Below are positions 29,653 to 39,820 of a stretch of DNA of 64,000 bases, one piece after another. The notes under the pieces were generated by a model. That model did not search any database and had not been told where the DNA came from. It worked only from the letters and a program-made list of their open reading frames with translations. Positions within the stretch are counted from its first letter, which is position 1; the number at the start of each line of letters is the position of its first letter. The DNA comes from an uncultured Nitrospiraceae bacterium (lineage in GTDB: Bacteria; Nitrospirota; Thermodesulfovibrionia; Thermodesulfovibrionales; UBA6898): NCBI GenBank assembly GCA_963811165.1, contig CAWEQH010000001.1:448001-512000 (forward strand). The letters run 5' to 3'. The position numbers and the translations under genes were made by a program.

Positions 29653-31182
29653 TCAAAGCTGACGGAAAATTCGTGGATCAATCGCTGCGGCAGCAAGAAT
29701 TCCTCCCATCATGGCTCCTGTTATCCCTGGAGTCACCACATCTTGGCCTGCTAAATACAACCCTTTGACAGGGGTTCTTACATGAAGACTACGGGAGAGA
29801 AAACGCTGCGGCGTAGTCTCAAGCCCGTAGGACGTGCCCTGCTGTCTTCTCACAAAATGAGCCATTGAGAGCGGAGTTGACAGTTCATGGTATGTGATCA
29901 AAGATGCAATCTCAGGGAAATGGTGTTTGAACCGGTTCAGCATTTTTTCTTCGATAAGCTGCTTAAACTCTTTGTAATCCTCAGGCCTGCTGCCATAGCT
30001 TGACTTCTCCCATTTACTGAATACATCCCAATTTACCGACGTGGTGACTGCGCCGGTATGTTTCTGCTTTTCTCCCGCTTCATGCTGCGGATCTTTTAAC
30101 GAGGGGAAAGATACAAACAGTACCGGAACATCCGTCGCTGCAGGATTGTTCCAAATAGCTGCGTTGGTATCCCAGGTCTCATAGGTCCAATGGTTTGCAG
30201 CTGTGGCACCGGCTGCACGGATGTCGCCCTCAAAGCCCAGGTAAAGACAGATATGGCAGAGTGAAGGCTTGAAGGTCAATATCGCCTGTGCCCATGCTGT
30301 GTTCGGCGAATATGCCGGCAGCAGGTGTTGGACGGTATCCCATGCACCTATAGTGGAGACCACTCTTTTGGCATGATGTTCGCTATTGTCTTCAAGGCGC
30401 ACGCCAGTGGCCTTGCCTTTCGTGACAAGTATCTCCTTTACGGGTGACTTGACTCTCACCTCACCTCCGGCATTCTTTATAGTCGGTATCAGTGAGTCCC
30501 CAAACGTCCGGGCGCCACCCACTGGATAAAACGCTCCACCCAGAAAATGGTTCATGATCATTGCATGCATCGCAAAGCTTCCCTCAGATGGCCTTTCACC
30601 GTAATCTCCCCACCGAGAGGTCAGTACCGATCTCAGCTTTTGGTCATGAATTATTTCGCTAAGCACTTCATCGGTCGTTCTTCCCCACCACTTTCGAATC
30701 CTGCCTGCCGTCCACAGTGAATAAATCCATGCCGGTAGACGGGGCAAAACACGCAACCTGAATAGTGCAGAAGATTCACGGGCGGTCCGTTCGAGAAGCG
30801 AGAAGAAGACATCAATCTCTCCAGCAGACCGTGGAAATCTCTCCTTAAGATTTTGTGTGAGAGCTTCGGCAGGACTTTCGAAGATAATTTTGAAGTCATC
30901 CGGGAAGTGTACAATGTCATAAGCTGAGCCAATAGGGGCCATCCTGATTGCGCCGTTAGATAACCAATCGAGGAGCCTCCGGGCCTGCCCCTCAGGCCCC
31001 ATGTCCCCAAGATAGTGGATACCGACATCCCATGTGAACCCTTTTCGGCTAAAGGTACTGGTTAGCCCACCAGTAATGTAGTGCTGTTCTAAAACCAGTA
31101 CTCTATGGCCGCATTTTGCCAGTGCGGATGCACATGCAAGACCACCAATCCCTGAGCCAATAACTATTGTGTCGTGGACCAT
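29653..31182 (-). CDS. Phytoene desaturase/retinol saturase family FAD oxidoreductase
   Basis: GSGIGGL, WDVGIHY, YPVGG, LSTPL, GLYLAGQD. Confidence 0.88.
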   Translation of the reverse strand: MVHDTIVIGSGIGGLACASALAKCGHRVLVLEQHYITGGLTSTFSRKGFTWDVGIHYLGDMGPEGQARRLLDWLSNGAIRMAPIGSAYDIVHFPDDFKIIFESPAEALTQNLKERFPRSAGEIDVFFSLLERTARESSALFRLRVLPRLPAWIYSLWTAGRIRKWWGRTTDEVLSEIIHDQKLRSVLTSRWGDYGERPSEGSFAMHAMIMNHFLGGAFYPVGGARTFGDSLIPTIKNAGGEVRVKSPVKEILVTKGKATGVRLEDNSEHHAKRVVSTIGAWDTVQHLLPAYSPNTAWAQAILTFKPSLCHICLYLGFEGDIRAAGATAANHWTYETWDTNAAIWNNPAATDVPVLFVSFPSLKDPQHEAGEKQKHTGAVTTSVNWDVFSKWEKSSYGSRPEDYKEFKQLIEEKMLNRFKHHFPEIASLITYHELSTPLSMAHFVRRQQGTSYGLETTPQRFLSRSLHVRTPVKGLYLAGQDVVTPGITGAMMGGILAAAAIDPRIFRQL

Positions 31183-31365
31183 TTCTACAAATAGTTCTCC
31201 TTCTAACTAAAATATCGATTACCATGTGTTATCGGCACCATTTTAGCAGACGTTGACGGTGTTGACTACAGGAAAAAGTCATTAAAGCGAGTCGTGATCC
31301 CCTCGAACGTTTAGTTCACCACGCTATACGTAACAAAACCTGCTTTTTCTTTTGTTGTCAGTAGG

Positions 31366-32298
31366 TTAAAGCCTACTATTTATAAGCTCTTTTTGTTCCC
31401 ATTCAAAGTTATCAGCTCTTATCGGCTGGGTATTCTGCAAAACAATCTTTATCGCTTTGAAGTAATCTCTCTGTACTTTGAGATTGGAGACTCTACAGTA
31501 ACATTGAGTTGTTGTAATCCGGCTGTGGCCCAATAGATCCTGTATGGTAACGAGATCGGCATCGGCGTTCAGGAGCTGTGTTGCCATAGTATGTCTAAGG
31601 TGATGACAGGATACCGCAGTCCCGGTCCTCTGTGCATAGTATTCAATCCTCTTTTGAATGCCGCGAACTGATATCGGCTTTCCCCTCAGCGGCCCCTTCT
31701 GCACTAAGAACACTCTTTTCTCCTTCGACCATTTCCGTTTCTGCATATACGCCTCTAAGGCACTCTGGGCATCTTCACTCAGGTAGACAACCCTGTCCTT
31801 GCTGCCTTTGCCATTGAAGACATAAAGCTGTCTGCTGCGATACTCTATCGCATCTACTGTCAGTCGTGCAACCTCTTCAACACGCAGACCACACCTGAGC
31901 ATTAGCATGAACATGGCTCGATCTCTGGTGTCATTGATCTCCCTAAAGAGAGTCACAATCTGTTCGTCTCTTAGATGTTTGGGCAATGGCCTGGGCAGAC
32001 GAAGCCTATAATTCTTTCTTACCGGATTGGTAAGAGGCATTCTCTCATCTTCGATCAGATAATCGTAGAAGGCATGGATGCAGCCGAAATGACAGTTGAT
32101 AGTCTTTGGTTTCATTCTCCTTCTCAATAGATGGTCCATATACGCATCGGTTTCTTTGTGGGTTATTTGCTCCAAAGAAACCTGCGACCAGACATTGAAG
32201 TGACCGAGGATATTCATGTAGTTTTTTACAGTGTTGGCCGAACAGTTCCTTCGCTTTAGGAACCTTCGGTACCTGGCAATCAAATCAGTAGGCCCCAT
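31366..32298 (-). CDS. Tyrosine recombinase/integrase (XerC/D-like) 2
   Basis: GLRVEE, GKGSKDR, HHLRH, LGH...Y catalytic set. Confidence 0.92.
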   Translation of the reverse strand: MGPTDLIARYRRFLKRRNCSANTVKNYMNILGHFNVWSQVSLEQITHKETDAYMDHLLRRRMKPKTINCHFGCIHAFYDYLIEDERMPLTNPVRKNYRLRLPRPLPKHLRDEQIVTLFREINDTRDRAMFMLMLRCGLRVEEVARLTVDAIEYRSRQLYVFNGKGSKDRVVYLSEDAQSALEAYMQKRKWSKEKRVFLVQKGPLRGKPISVRGIQKRIEYYAQRTGTAVSCHHLRHTMATQLLNADADLVTIQDLLGHSRITTTQCYCRVSNLKVQRDYFKAIKIVLQNTQPIRADNFEWEQKELINSRL

Positions 32299-33281
32299 TA
32301 ATGCCTCCTTGTTCGATGATTTCCATGGCACGGAAGTATTCCTCTTCGCGGCTCTTATCTGTCAGGCGGGCATATCGTCGGGTCATCTCTATGTCTCGAT
32401 GTCCCAACAGAAGTTGCAAGCATTCCAGGCGCATGCCGGCATTGAGCAGCTCGCTTGCGAAGGTATGCCGAAGGCTGTGGATTGTGTAGCCTTTGTGTTG
32501 GAGCCCTGTTTCTCTCAAGTATCGCGTGAAGATATTACGGGCCGAGGTATAACACAAGTGACTCCTCAGACCATGAAAGAGATATTCTTTTGTCTTATCT
32601 CTCTTTTTAAGCCAGAGCCCTAAGGCCATCAGTGCATCATCACTCAGATAAACCACTCGCCCAAGATAGTTCTTTTCGCCCTCATAGATATGTATCTTCC
32701 TCTCACGGACATCAAGATCTATCATCTTCAATCTGAGAAGCTCACCGATTCTCATGCCTGTCCGTAAGAGCACGAGGATCAGGGCACGGTCACGAATCTC
32801 CTTAATGACACCAAGAATCTTTCTGACATCGCCCGGCGCAATGGCCCTCGGCAGGAAATCCGGCACTTTGAGTTTTATCTTGCGTTTGAGTATGCGTCCG
32901 TCAATGATATCCTGTTCGATCAGAAAACGAAGAAAAGCAAAAAGGCAATGAAGCCGTGTTCTGACCGTGTTGATCTTAAGCCCCCGATCCTGCTCGCGTT
33001 CGACAAACGCCTCCAGGTCGTTACTGGCAATCGCCTCGATATGACTCTTCCCCTGGCCACCATAGAAAATGAGAAAGGAACTCACAGCGACGAAGCTGCC
33101 TTTAAGAGTACTTGGCCTGTGGTTCATTCTCCACTTGTTGCGCATGTAGCTATCAAAATGCTCTCTGGCGGGAAGGTCTAACTTGGAGATCCTCTGAAGA
33201 ATACGATCAATCGGGGGTCTGATAATTTACTACTTCTATGTCACTGACGATTGCCCTGAGAATTGAACCTGCTTTGGTCAT
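32285..33281 (-). CDS. Tyrosine recombinase/integrase 1 (apparent frameshift in G5 at 33213-33217)
   Basis: TGMRIGE, HSLRH, LGH...RRY. GGAGG RBS and ATG at 33281 join the main frame if one base of the G5 run is removed. Confidence 0.88.
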
Positions 33282-33479
33282 TGCTCCTCCTCTTTCTATT
33301 TGAAAAAGCAGGATTTATCATGACCCTCAGCGGTCCTAAGGTTCAATCCATTTTGTTACGTATAGCACCGATAACTAGTGATGTTTCATTTAATTGCGCC
33401 ACTGAAGATTATCTGGTGAGCCTTCCCCGAATTGATGGACACACCTAAAGATTTGTAAGATGGAAAAGGAGGTGTGTGT

Positions 33480-33782
33480 ATGGGGAAAGAGGATAGGCGT
33501 CGTCATTTCACGAGAGAGTTCAAGAGGAATGCTGTTCATCTTGTGACGGAGAAGGGTATGCCGGTAGGGAAGGTAGCTCGGGACCTTGATATTCATCCCA
33601 ACTTACTTCATTTATGGAGAAGGAGGTTGCTGAAAGACGGGGAGAAGGCATTTGTGGGGAAAGGCCATTCAAGTCCGGAGGGAGCGGAGATAAAGCAGCT
33701 TCGGAAGGAATTGGAAAGGGTGAGGGAAGAGAGGGACATTTTAAAAAAAGCCTTGGCCGTATTCTCCAAACGCAGCAGATGA
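33480..33782 (+). CDS. IS3 transposase OrfA (HTH)
   Basis: FTREFK..AV, VARDL, ERDILKKA; slippery A7G at 33743-33750. Confidence 0.9.
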   Translation: MGKEDRRRHFTREFKRNAVHLVTEKGMPVGKVARDLDIHPNLLHLWRRRLLKDGEKAFVGKGHSSPEGAEIKQLRKELERVREERDILKKALAVFSKRSR

Positions 33783-34635
33783 AGTACGGGTTGATGGAAG
33801 AGCATCGGGAGAAGTACAGGGTGGGAAGCATGTGCAAGGTGTTAAAGGTATCCAGGAGTGGGTATTATGCGTGGCGCAGCCGTCCGCTTAGCAGGAGGCA
33901 AAAGGACAACCAGGAGTTGCTGGGACACATACAGGAGATCCACAGAAGAAGCAGGAAGCTGTACGGGAGCCTAAGGATCACGGCTGAACTCAATGATGAG
34001 GGTGTCAAATGCGGGAAGAACCGGGTAGCCAGGATCATGAAGGATCATGCCATATGCGGGGAAGTGAAGAGGAGGAGGTTTAGGCGGACTACCGATTCAC
34101 GGCATGATTATGCTCTGGCGGCAAACCTGCTGATTGGCAAGAGACAGACCGATGGGGTATGGGCATCAGATATTACGTTTGTTCCTACTTCCGAGGGGTG
34201 GTTGTATGTGGCAGCTGTGATAAATGTGAAAAGCAGAAGAGTTATAGGGTTGTCCATGAGCGATAAACTTTCTCAGGAACTCGCCTCTGATGCGCTAAAA
34301 GCGGCAGCCAGCAGGCAGAGCCCTCCTGAGGGGTTGATCACCACTCCGATCGAGGCAGGCAGTACGCGAGTTATGCATATCAGGAGCTTCTCAGAGAATA
34401 CGGCATTACTCCGAGTATGAGCAGAAGTGGCAATTGCTATGACAATGCCTATGCGGAGTCATTTTTCGGAACGCTCAAGACGGAATTGGTCCACGGTGAG
34501 AAGTACCGTTCACGGCTTGAGGCAAGGCTTAGTATCTTTGAGTACGTAGAAGTGTTTTATAATCGTCAGAGGAGACACTCGGCATTAGGGTACAGGAGCC
34601 CAGAGCAATTTGAACGGCTCCTTGATGAAACTTAA
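33779..34635 (+). CDS. IS3 transposase OrfB (DDE), single-base deletion near 34339
   Basis: WASDIT; HSDRG.QY restored in the shifted frame; [16 protein letters not shown]. Confidence 0.88.
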
Positions 34636-34827
34636 CCAAGTGTCCACATTATCGGGGAAAGCTCATGGAGAAACAAACATAAAGAAGGGTGAGAGAAAAT
34701 CTCACGCCCTTTCTAGTACCATACAAACGAAATTTATAGTTACCACAGGTCTCAAGATTCTGTCTCAGTGTTATTCATATTTGTGATATAGTTTGTTATA
34801 TGGTATGCATACGGCTGAACGCATAGC

Positions 34828-35415
34828 ATGATGAGAGTGACTGAGAAACTCAAGAAATATGTGAAGAGGAGAGAAGCTGTTTTCTTTCTTATTCTGCTAA
34901 GTAGTTTATACAGTTGTATTGGGATTGGGAGGGAAAAAGGTATCCTTTACCCAACGGAGGAAAGGAAAAAACAAATCTTAACCTGGGCGACTTCTGAAAA
35001 AACCAAGGTGGATAGAGGGACACTCAAGAACAGCGAATACTGGAAACAGTTCTATCGAAAGTCGATTGAAATGAGACCCGACTTGGACGATTTCCTCTAT
35101 TTTGCAAACGAAATGATCAAGGTTTCGAGAATCTTTGAAGAAGGTAAGATAACGAAGGAACAATTTGAGGATAAACATCGCCAGCTAACTGCCCTTCTCG
35201 CTCGGGAAGAAAACAGACGCGCTCAGATGTTCTCTCTCTCCAGAATGAACGACTATGAAGCAGGAGTCTTTTATGCTTACCTTGGGAGTTTGTTTTTGGA
35301 CTATCTCAACGACCTTCAGAGGCAATTAAATGCGGCCGGGTCGCAATTCGAGAGCAGCCACTGTGCCTTTTTTGGGGACAGGATTCAATGCACTACTCAG
35401 GACTCGCCTTTTTGA
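34828..35415 (+). CDS. Hypothetical lipoprotein
   Basis: Lipobox LYSC; C-terminal CAFFGDRIQC. Confidence 0.65.
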   Translation: MMRVTEKLKKYVKRREAVFFLILLSSLYSCIGIGREKGILYPTEERKKQILTWATSEKTKVDRGTLKNSEYWKQFYRKSIEMRPDLDDFLYFANEMIKVSRIFEEGKITKEQFEDKHRQLTALLAREENRRAQMFSLSRMNDYEAGVFYAYLGSLFLDYLNDLQRQLNAAGSQFESSHCAFFGDRIQCTTQDSPF

Positions 35416-35622
35416 ATTAGGGTCCTGAGGGTAGCATATTTTCCGGGGTCGACAATTGGCCGGGGCGATGCCCAGCGTTATCTAATACTACACATACTCT
35501 TAATCGATGGGGCCAGCACCGAACAATTATTTCAAAAGGAACCTCACGCCAATGTCAAAGATCGCCGGTGTAGAGTACAGCAGTCATTAAGACAGGGCGT
35601 GATTCCCCCGATCGCATAGTAC

Positions 35623-36678
35623 TTACATATTGCCCTCATGATCATGATGCTGCATAGGCTGTCCTCCCCCGCCGGTATGCCCGAGATGGGAGGCATGGCG
35701 TGCAGGTATCTCGTGCCGGAGTAAGGCAGCGCACAATAGTACGCCGATTATCAGAATTGCCTCGACTTTTACGCCTCGCCTGAACCGCGAGGCGATCCGG
35801 CCCCCGTTTCCACCCGGCTGAAGGCCTGGAAAGAACTGAAGCGCGATGCGGGTGAAAATTCCCCGACCTTCTGGGGAGGCCCCTGCCCATTCCTGCAGGA
35901 GCGGGACGCTGACATACCTATTGAAGCCGCCGAGATTTATGAGGACAAGGAAGAGCACGACCTTCGCTATGACGGTCCAGCCGTAAGGCGACCCTAGTAA
36001 CGCGTGTATGCTCCCCACATATTTCCACGCGTTATAGAGCGCGGTAATTGCGACTATGCCGACTGCAAAGCCGGCCAGCGACGAGAACCTGCCTGCAACT
36101 CTTGAGATCAGGGCAGGGGTAGGCTCTCTCCGCCCTATGAGATCAGGAAGAACAGAGACGGAAAGCACCATGAGACCGCCTCCCCACACCGACGCTGCAA
36201 GCAGATGGAGCCAGTCCATTATCTCCGGCAGGCTTAAATCACCTGCATCGGATGCGTGCCCGGAGGCGCTTGCCGTCATAGCGACTACCAGTCCGAGGAG
36301 GAGCATGAAAAACAGGAACACCCGTGTATCACGATATCGCACAGCCATTTTCGAAAGCGCCAGCAGGAAGAGTGCCCCAATGCGGACGATCCAGACGCTT
36401 CCATAGTGGGTCCGGAAGAGGACAGTAGGCAAGACCGAAAAAAAAGCAGGAAAGGGTTGGCCGCTCATCTCAGCCGTCCTCGAAAACAGCTCGACTATGC
36501 TTCCTGCGATCAGGAAGGCCAGCCCGAAACAAAACAACGTCCACATCCTCGGGACGAAATTCTCCTGATATGAAAATTCGTCTTGAATCGAAGGCGTAAA
36601 AAACCAGAGACGGCAGACGATCACCCCGATACAAAAGGCAAGGGATATGAGTTCTAACCATTCGGGAATAACATGCAT
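35623..36678 (-). CDS. copD: CopD-family copper transport membrane protein with His-rich tail
   Basis: SGHA, HLLAASVWGGGL, YGW....K; C-terminal HASHLGH...HHDH. Confidence 0.88.
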   Translation of the reverse strand: MHVIPEWLELISLAFCIGVIVCRLWFFTPSIQDEFSYQENFVPRMWTLFCFGLAFLIAGSIVELFSRTAEMSGQPFPAFFSVLPTVLFRTHYGSVWIVRIGALFLLALSKMAVRYRDTRVFLFFMLLLGLVVAMTASASGHASDAGDLSLPEIMDWLHLLAASVWGGGLMVLSVSVLPDLIGRREPTPALISRVAGRFSSLAGFAVGIVAITALYNAWKYVGSIHALLGSPYGWTVIAKVVLFLVLINLGGFNRYVSVPLLQEWAGASPEGRGIFTRIALQFFPGLQPGGNGGRIASRFRRGVKVEAILIIGVLLCAALLRHEIPARHASHLGHTGGGGQPMQHHDHEGNM

Positions 36679-36725
36679 TGACCTCTCACCTCCTGATAAT
36701 ATCTCTTCTTCAGCCTCTTATCACC

Positions 36726-37101
36726 TCATTTTATTGAGAATGAGAACTGTCCGTTCGTCCTGTGCCCATCCCTTGCCACAACGTTCCAGATCACAAGATA
36801 CGTACCCGGCGGCAACTGGGGAAGACTCACCTCAAGTAATTTAGGATCAGCAGGGTCCACATGGTTGTTCCTCTTGTCGATCATCTTGCCGTCGGCATTA
36901 TGCACCATAAGGGTCGAGAATGCCGGCTCCAGATCGCTGTCAAACCAGATGCGGACCTGAGCGGGCGAGCCCGAAACAGTCGAGCCCACCTTAGGGTCCG
37001 AATGGTCCGGGAATGCATGACCCCACGCCGCCCCGGGCAGGACGCGGCAGAAAGACCAGGCAAAAAAACGCAATAGCAGGCCTGATATTTACGGGGCGCA
37101 T
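36726..37101 (-). CDS. copC: CopC periplasmic copper-binding protein (apparent frameshift in the signal peptide near 37045)
   Basis: Mature N-terminus HA...S.P and WNVVARDGH; ATG at 37101 is one base out of frame. Confidence 0.88.
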
Positions 37102-37107
37102 TGAGCT

Positions 37108-38077
37108 TTACCTGAAGATAGGCCTGCCGAGACTTTTTGGGAAGAGATCATCAACATACAGATGGACCAGTCCGAGGAGGCCGACGCTGCTCCCTGATCG
37201 AGAGTTTACCGGGATCTGCGCGGCGATCCCAAACTCCATGAACTTGCCCGCCCATACTATCCCTGGGTTCACTGTTCCTGAAATTTGTCCCTTGCAAGTC
37301 GGCGTTCATGCAAGTTTCCATCGGGAACTCCGCCACTAGTATCATTCGGTTAAACGGGGCGCCGAGCCCGATATCTTTTACAAAGGATTGAAGGTACATG
37401 AGACTGTACTGTAAGGAGAATGCCCAGTTCAGAGTCGTGGGGTTTCGTTCCACTATTGTTTCTCCGGTGTCGGGATCTATAGAAACGTTGCCGGATCTCG
37501 TGGGGAAACTGGGGCCGATGACCCCGGTAATTGCAAATGGCCTGAAAAATCCCATCGACGCCGGCAAGTCGCCGAACCCTTTGCCGAAGAAAAGAGCCGG
37601 GGAAATCGTTGTGAAAGAATCGGCTATCTGGTGTGCCCCGGTGCCGCCGATGTCGAAGTCTGTGCCGACTGAAAGGATCAGCTCATGGGGAGCATTCGTA
37701 AGGAACTGCCATTTCGCCCCTATCCCGAGATTGTCCCAGCCATTGGCCGAGCTGCCGTCGGTTGCCCTCTGGTGCAGGTAGGCCTCATGGAATTCGAGCC
37801 CGAAGTTGGGCACGATGCGTTTGGAATAATCGATATCGATTTCCGTGGTCGTCGCGTCTGGTCCCTTTGCACGATTAATCAGTATAGAGAACTCATCCGA
37901 AATGAACGGATCATCCACCTGAAACGTCGTGGGGAAAAACCTCTGTCCTGCAAACCCGTGGGCCCATGACGATGCGGGCGCAAAAAGTACGAACAACAGT
38001 GTAAGGCCGAATACCTTGCGCAATATATCCATTCCGGAGTTTCTGCTATTTCCCGCACTCTCTGCTATTTCCCTCAT
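37108..38077 (-). CDS. Exported, probably outer-membrane beta-barrel protein (apparent frameshift near 37297)
   Basis: Signal ASSWA|HGFAGQRFFP; alternating beta-strand pattern; the C-terminus ...VHLYVDDLFPKSLGRPIFR* is in the shifted frame. Confidence 0.7.
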
Positions 38078-38170
38078 TTATTCCTCCCAAAGGCTATTAT
38101 AGAAGTATATCACCTAATTGTGACACGGTCTATCGCAGCGCGTAAAAAGGACCATGCTCAGAAACAGTGC

Positions 38171-39715
38171 CTAAAACATTACTTGAACGCCGGCATTAAG
38201 CACCCATGTGGTTTTCATTTGAAGGCCGTTAAGGTTTTGATAGACCGGCACTCCGCCTTCAACTCCGAAGCTGAGGGAGCCCTTCTGAAGGCTCAACCCG
38301 ATCAGACCATCCAGCCTCTGCCCGCCATAGTTGTTTGGGTCGGCATCAGGCGTGGGCGCACCCATGCCCATCCCCATTACAGGATGGATGAGCTTGTCGA
38401 TCTCGGGGTCCTGTCCCTTGATCCGGCCCGTGTCGTTATAAGCAAGCCGCACCCAGGTGCTTAGCGGGCCGAAGGCGCGCTGCAGCCAGCCAGTCGCCTT
38501 AAAGTTGTCGCCGAGGCTGTAATCGTTTTTATTCTTATCTATATGATAGGTGTACATGGCCTGAGCACCCCAGTTCCATTTTGCGTCATCGCTGAGGGCA
38601 CTGTAAGTGAGAGCGGGTTTCAGATCGTATGTGCCTGAGCCCAGCTGCATGTCATAGGGTGCGCGATATACCTTGCGCATCATCACTATGGGTTGGTCGA
38701 TGTCGCCGGTCGGAAGGCTGAGACCGAGGCTGCCGTTAAGGTATTTATTGATCTTGTAAATCCCTCTAAGTTCGGTGTCGCCAAGGCCGCGGGTACTCAT
38801 GGGGTCCTCGCGAGTGATCATCCTGCCTGGGCCCATGTCCATCAGCATTCCCATCGAGTTGACCTGATAATTTGCCATGGCCATCACGGTCAACCGGTCG
38901 GTGATCCCGTACATCAGCATAAACATATGCATATCCATGGTCATGTCGGTAGGTATCATCATGTAATTATACGGCTTGCCCCTATTGTATCCGACGCTGT
39001 CCGGGCCGACGTCCGACGTGCCGGAACGCAGGCCGCTCATATTCATGTGCATGAGCTTGTAGGTCACCATCCACATCCCGGCCGGATGGGTGTGGTATAT
39101 GTCGTCGCCAAATGCCGGGTTGAACAGCATCTGGGAGCCCGGCTCCATTGCCATATGACACATGTCATGACCCATGTGCCCATGATGATCGTGGGCCATC
39201 TCCGCACTCCCTTCCACTTCTTCCTTCGCGGCCTTCATCGCCTGGTCGAAGGAGGATACTTTGCCTCCATTTTCCTTTACGAATTTCTGCGCATCTTCCT
39301 CCTTTATGAATGCCCATTTTGGTACGGAGGTCATGACACCTTCTTTATTGCCGCCGATTACCCAGGTTGCGGTTTTGGCATCTGTCAATTCTTTGGAAGT
39401 GTAATCCGCAACCATAAGCGTCTTGACCTGCTTGTCCTTGTTTTGTTTCATTTCTGCAGCTGCACAGTGGATACTGCAGACCTCAGCGGTGGATCCGTCT
39501 TCATAGCCAATCACCATCCTGCTTTTCGCATAAACGTCCAGGTCCATCCCGCATTGCTTGCAGTGTTTGGGATTCTCTGCCGTATCGGCTGCTCCTGCAG
39601 CAGTGAAACTCAACAGCAGGCAAAAAACCAAAAATATCACGAATCTTTTCACAAGGGACTTTTTATTAAGGGTATAGGCAAAAGATGACGCAAAGAGTGT
39701 TTTTGACCTAGTCAT
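38171..39715 (-). CDS. NosL-like domain + His/Met-rich linker + putative outer-membrane beta-barrel
   Basis: CKQCGM, CSIHC and GVMT are NosL-like; linker MAHDHHGHMGHDMCHMAM; HTHPAG.WM, GLGD, SLPTG, MQLGSGTYD; terminal Phe. Confidence 0.75.
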   Translation of the reverse strand: MTRSKTLFASSFAYTLNKKSLVKRFVIFLVFCLLLSFTAAGAADTAENPKHCKQCGMDLDVYAKSRMVIGYEDGSTAEVCSIHCAAAEMKQNKDKQVKTLMVADYTSKELTDAKTATWVIGGNKEGVMTSVPKWAFIKEEDAQKFVKENGGKVSSFDQAMKAAKEEVEGSAEMAHDHHGHMGHDMCHMAMEPGSQMLFNPAFGDDIYHTHPAGMWMVTYKLMHMNMSGLRSGTSDVGPDSVGYNRGKPYNYMMIPTDMTMDMHMFMLMYGITDRLTVMAMANYQVNSMGMLMDMGPGRMITREDPMSTRGLGDTELRGIYKINKYLNGSLGLSLPTGDIDQPIVMMRKVYRAPYDMQLGSGTYDLKPALTYSALSDDAKWNWGAQAMYTYHIDKNKNDYSLGDNFKATGWLQRAFGPLSTWVRLAYNDTGRIKGQDPEIDKLIHPVMGMGMGAPTPDADPNNYGGQRLDGLIGLSLQKGSLSFGVEGGVPVYQNLNGLQMKTTWVLNAGVQVMF

Positions 39716-39820
39716 ATAATAGGATCTCCTTTTCTTAACAGACAGTAAAGAGCATTTTTGACGCTCCTCACTCCTCTATATTTGGAAAAAGCTGCGAATC
39801 GAAGACTTCGGAACTTCGGG

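Larger units (their letters stand above)
31314..33375 (-). mobile_element. Element encoding two tandem tyrosine recombinases, bounded by inverted repeats
   Basis: GCTATACGTAACAAAA (31323-31338) is the exact reverse complement of TTTTGTTACGTATAGC (33351-33366). Second pair: CCTGCTTTTTC (31339-31349) / GAAAAAGCAGG (33302-33312). Confidence 0.75.
33417..34665 (+). mobile_element. IS3-family insertion sequence
   Basis: TG...CA ends; imperfect IRs TGAGCCTTCCCCGA..GGACAC / GTGTCC..TCGGGGAAAGCTCA; 3-bp TSD TGG on both sides. Confidence 0.93.

Noticed and set aside
29653..31182. Carotenoid biosynthesis cluster
   Set aside because: It is a single CrtI/RetSat-like gene with no crtB or crtE nearby; the substrate is unknown.
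31366..33281. Chromosomal xerC/xerD or integron integrase
   Set aside because: The tandem overlapping pair sits inside IRs in an island, and no IntI-specific insertion or cassette array is seen.
35566..35622. Fluoride riboswitch or IS3/integrase coding remnant
   Set aside because: Only TAATGAC resembles the crcB motif and the pseudoknot pairing is absent; the short translations (IGGITP, LYTG) are too brief to support a call.
38693..39688. 331-aa His-rich plus-strand ORF
   Set aside because: It is the antisense shadow of the Met-rich NosL-barrel gene (ATG reads as CAT).
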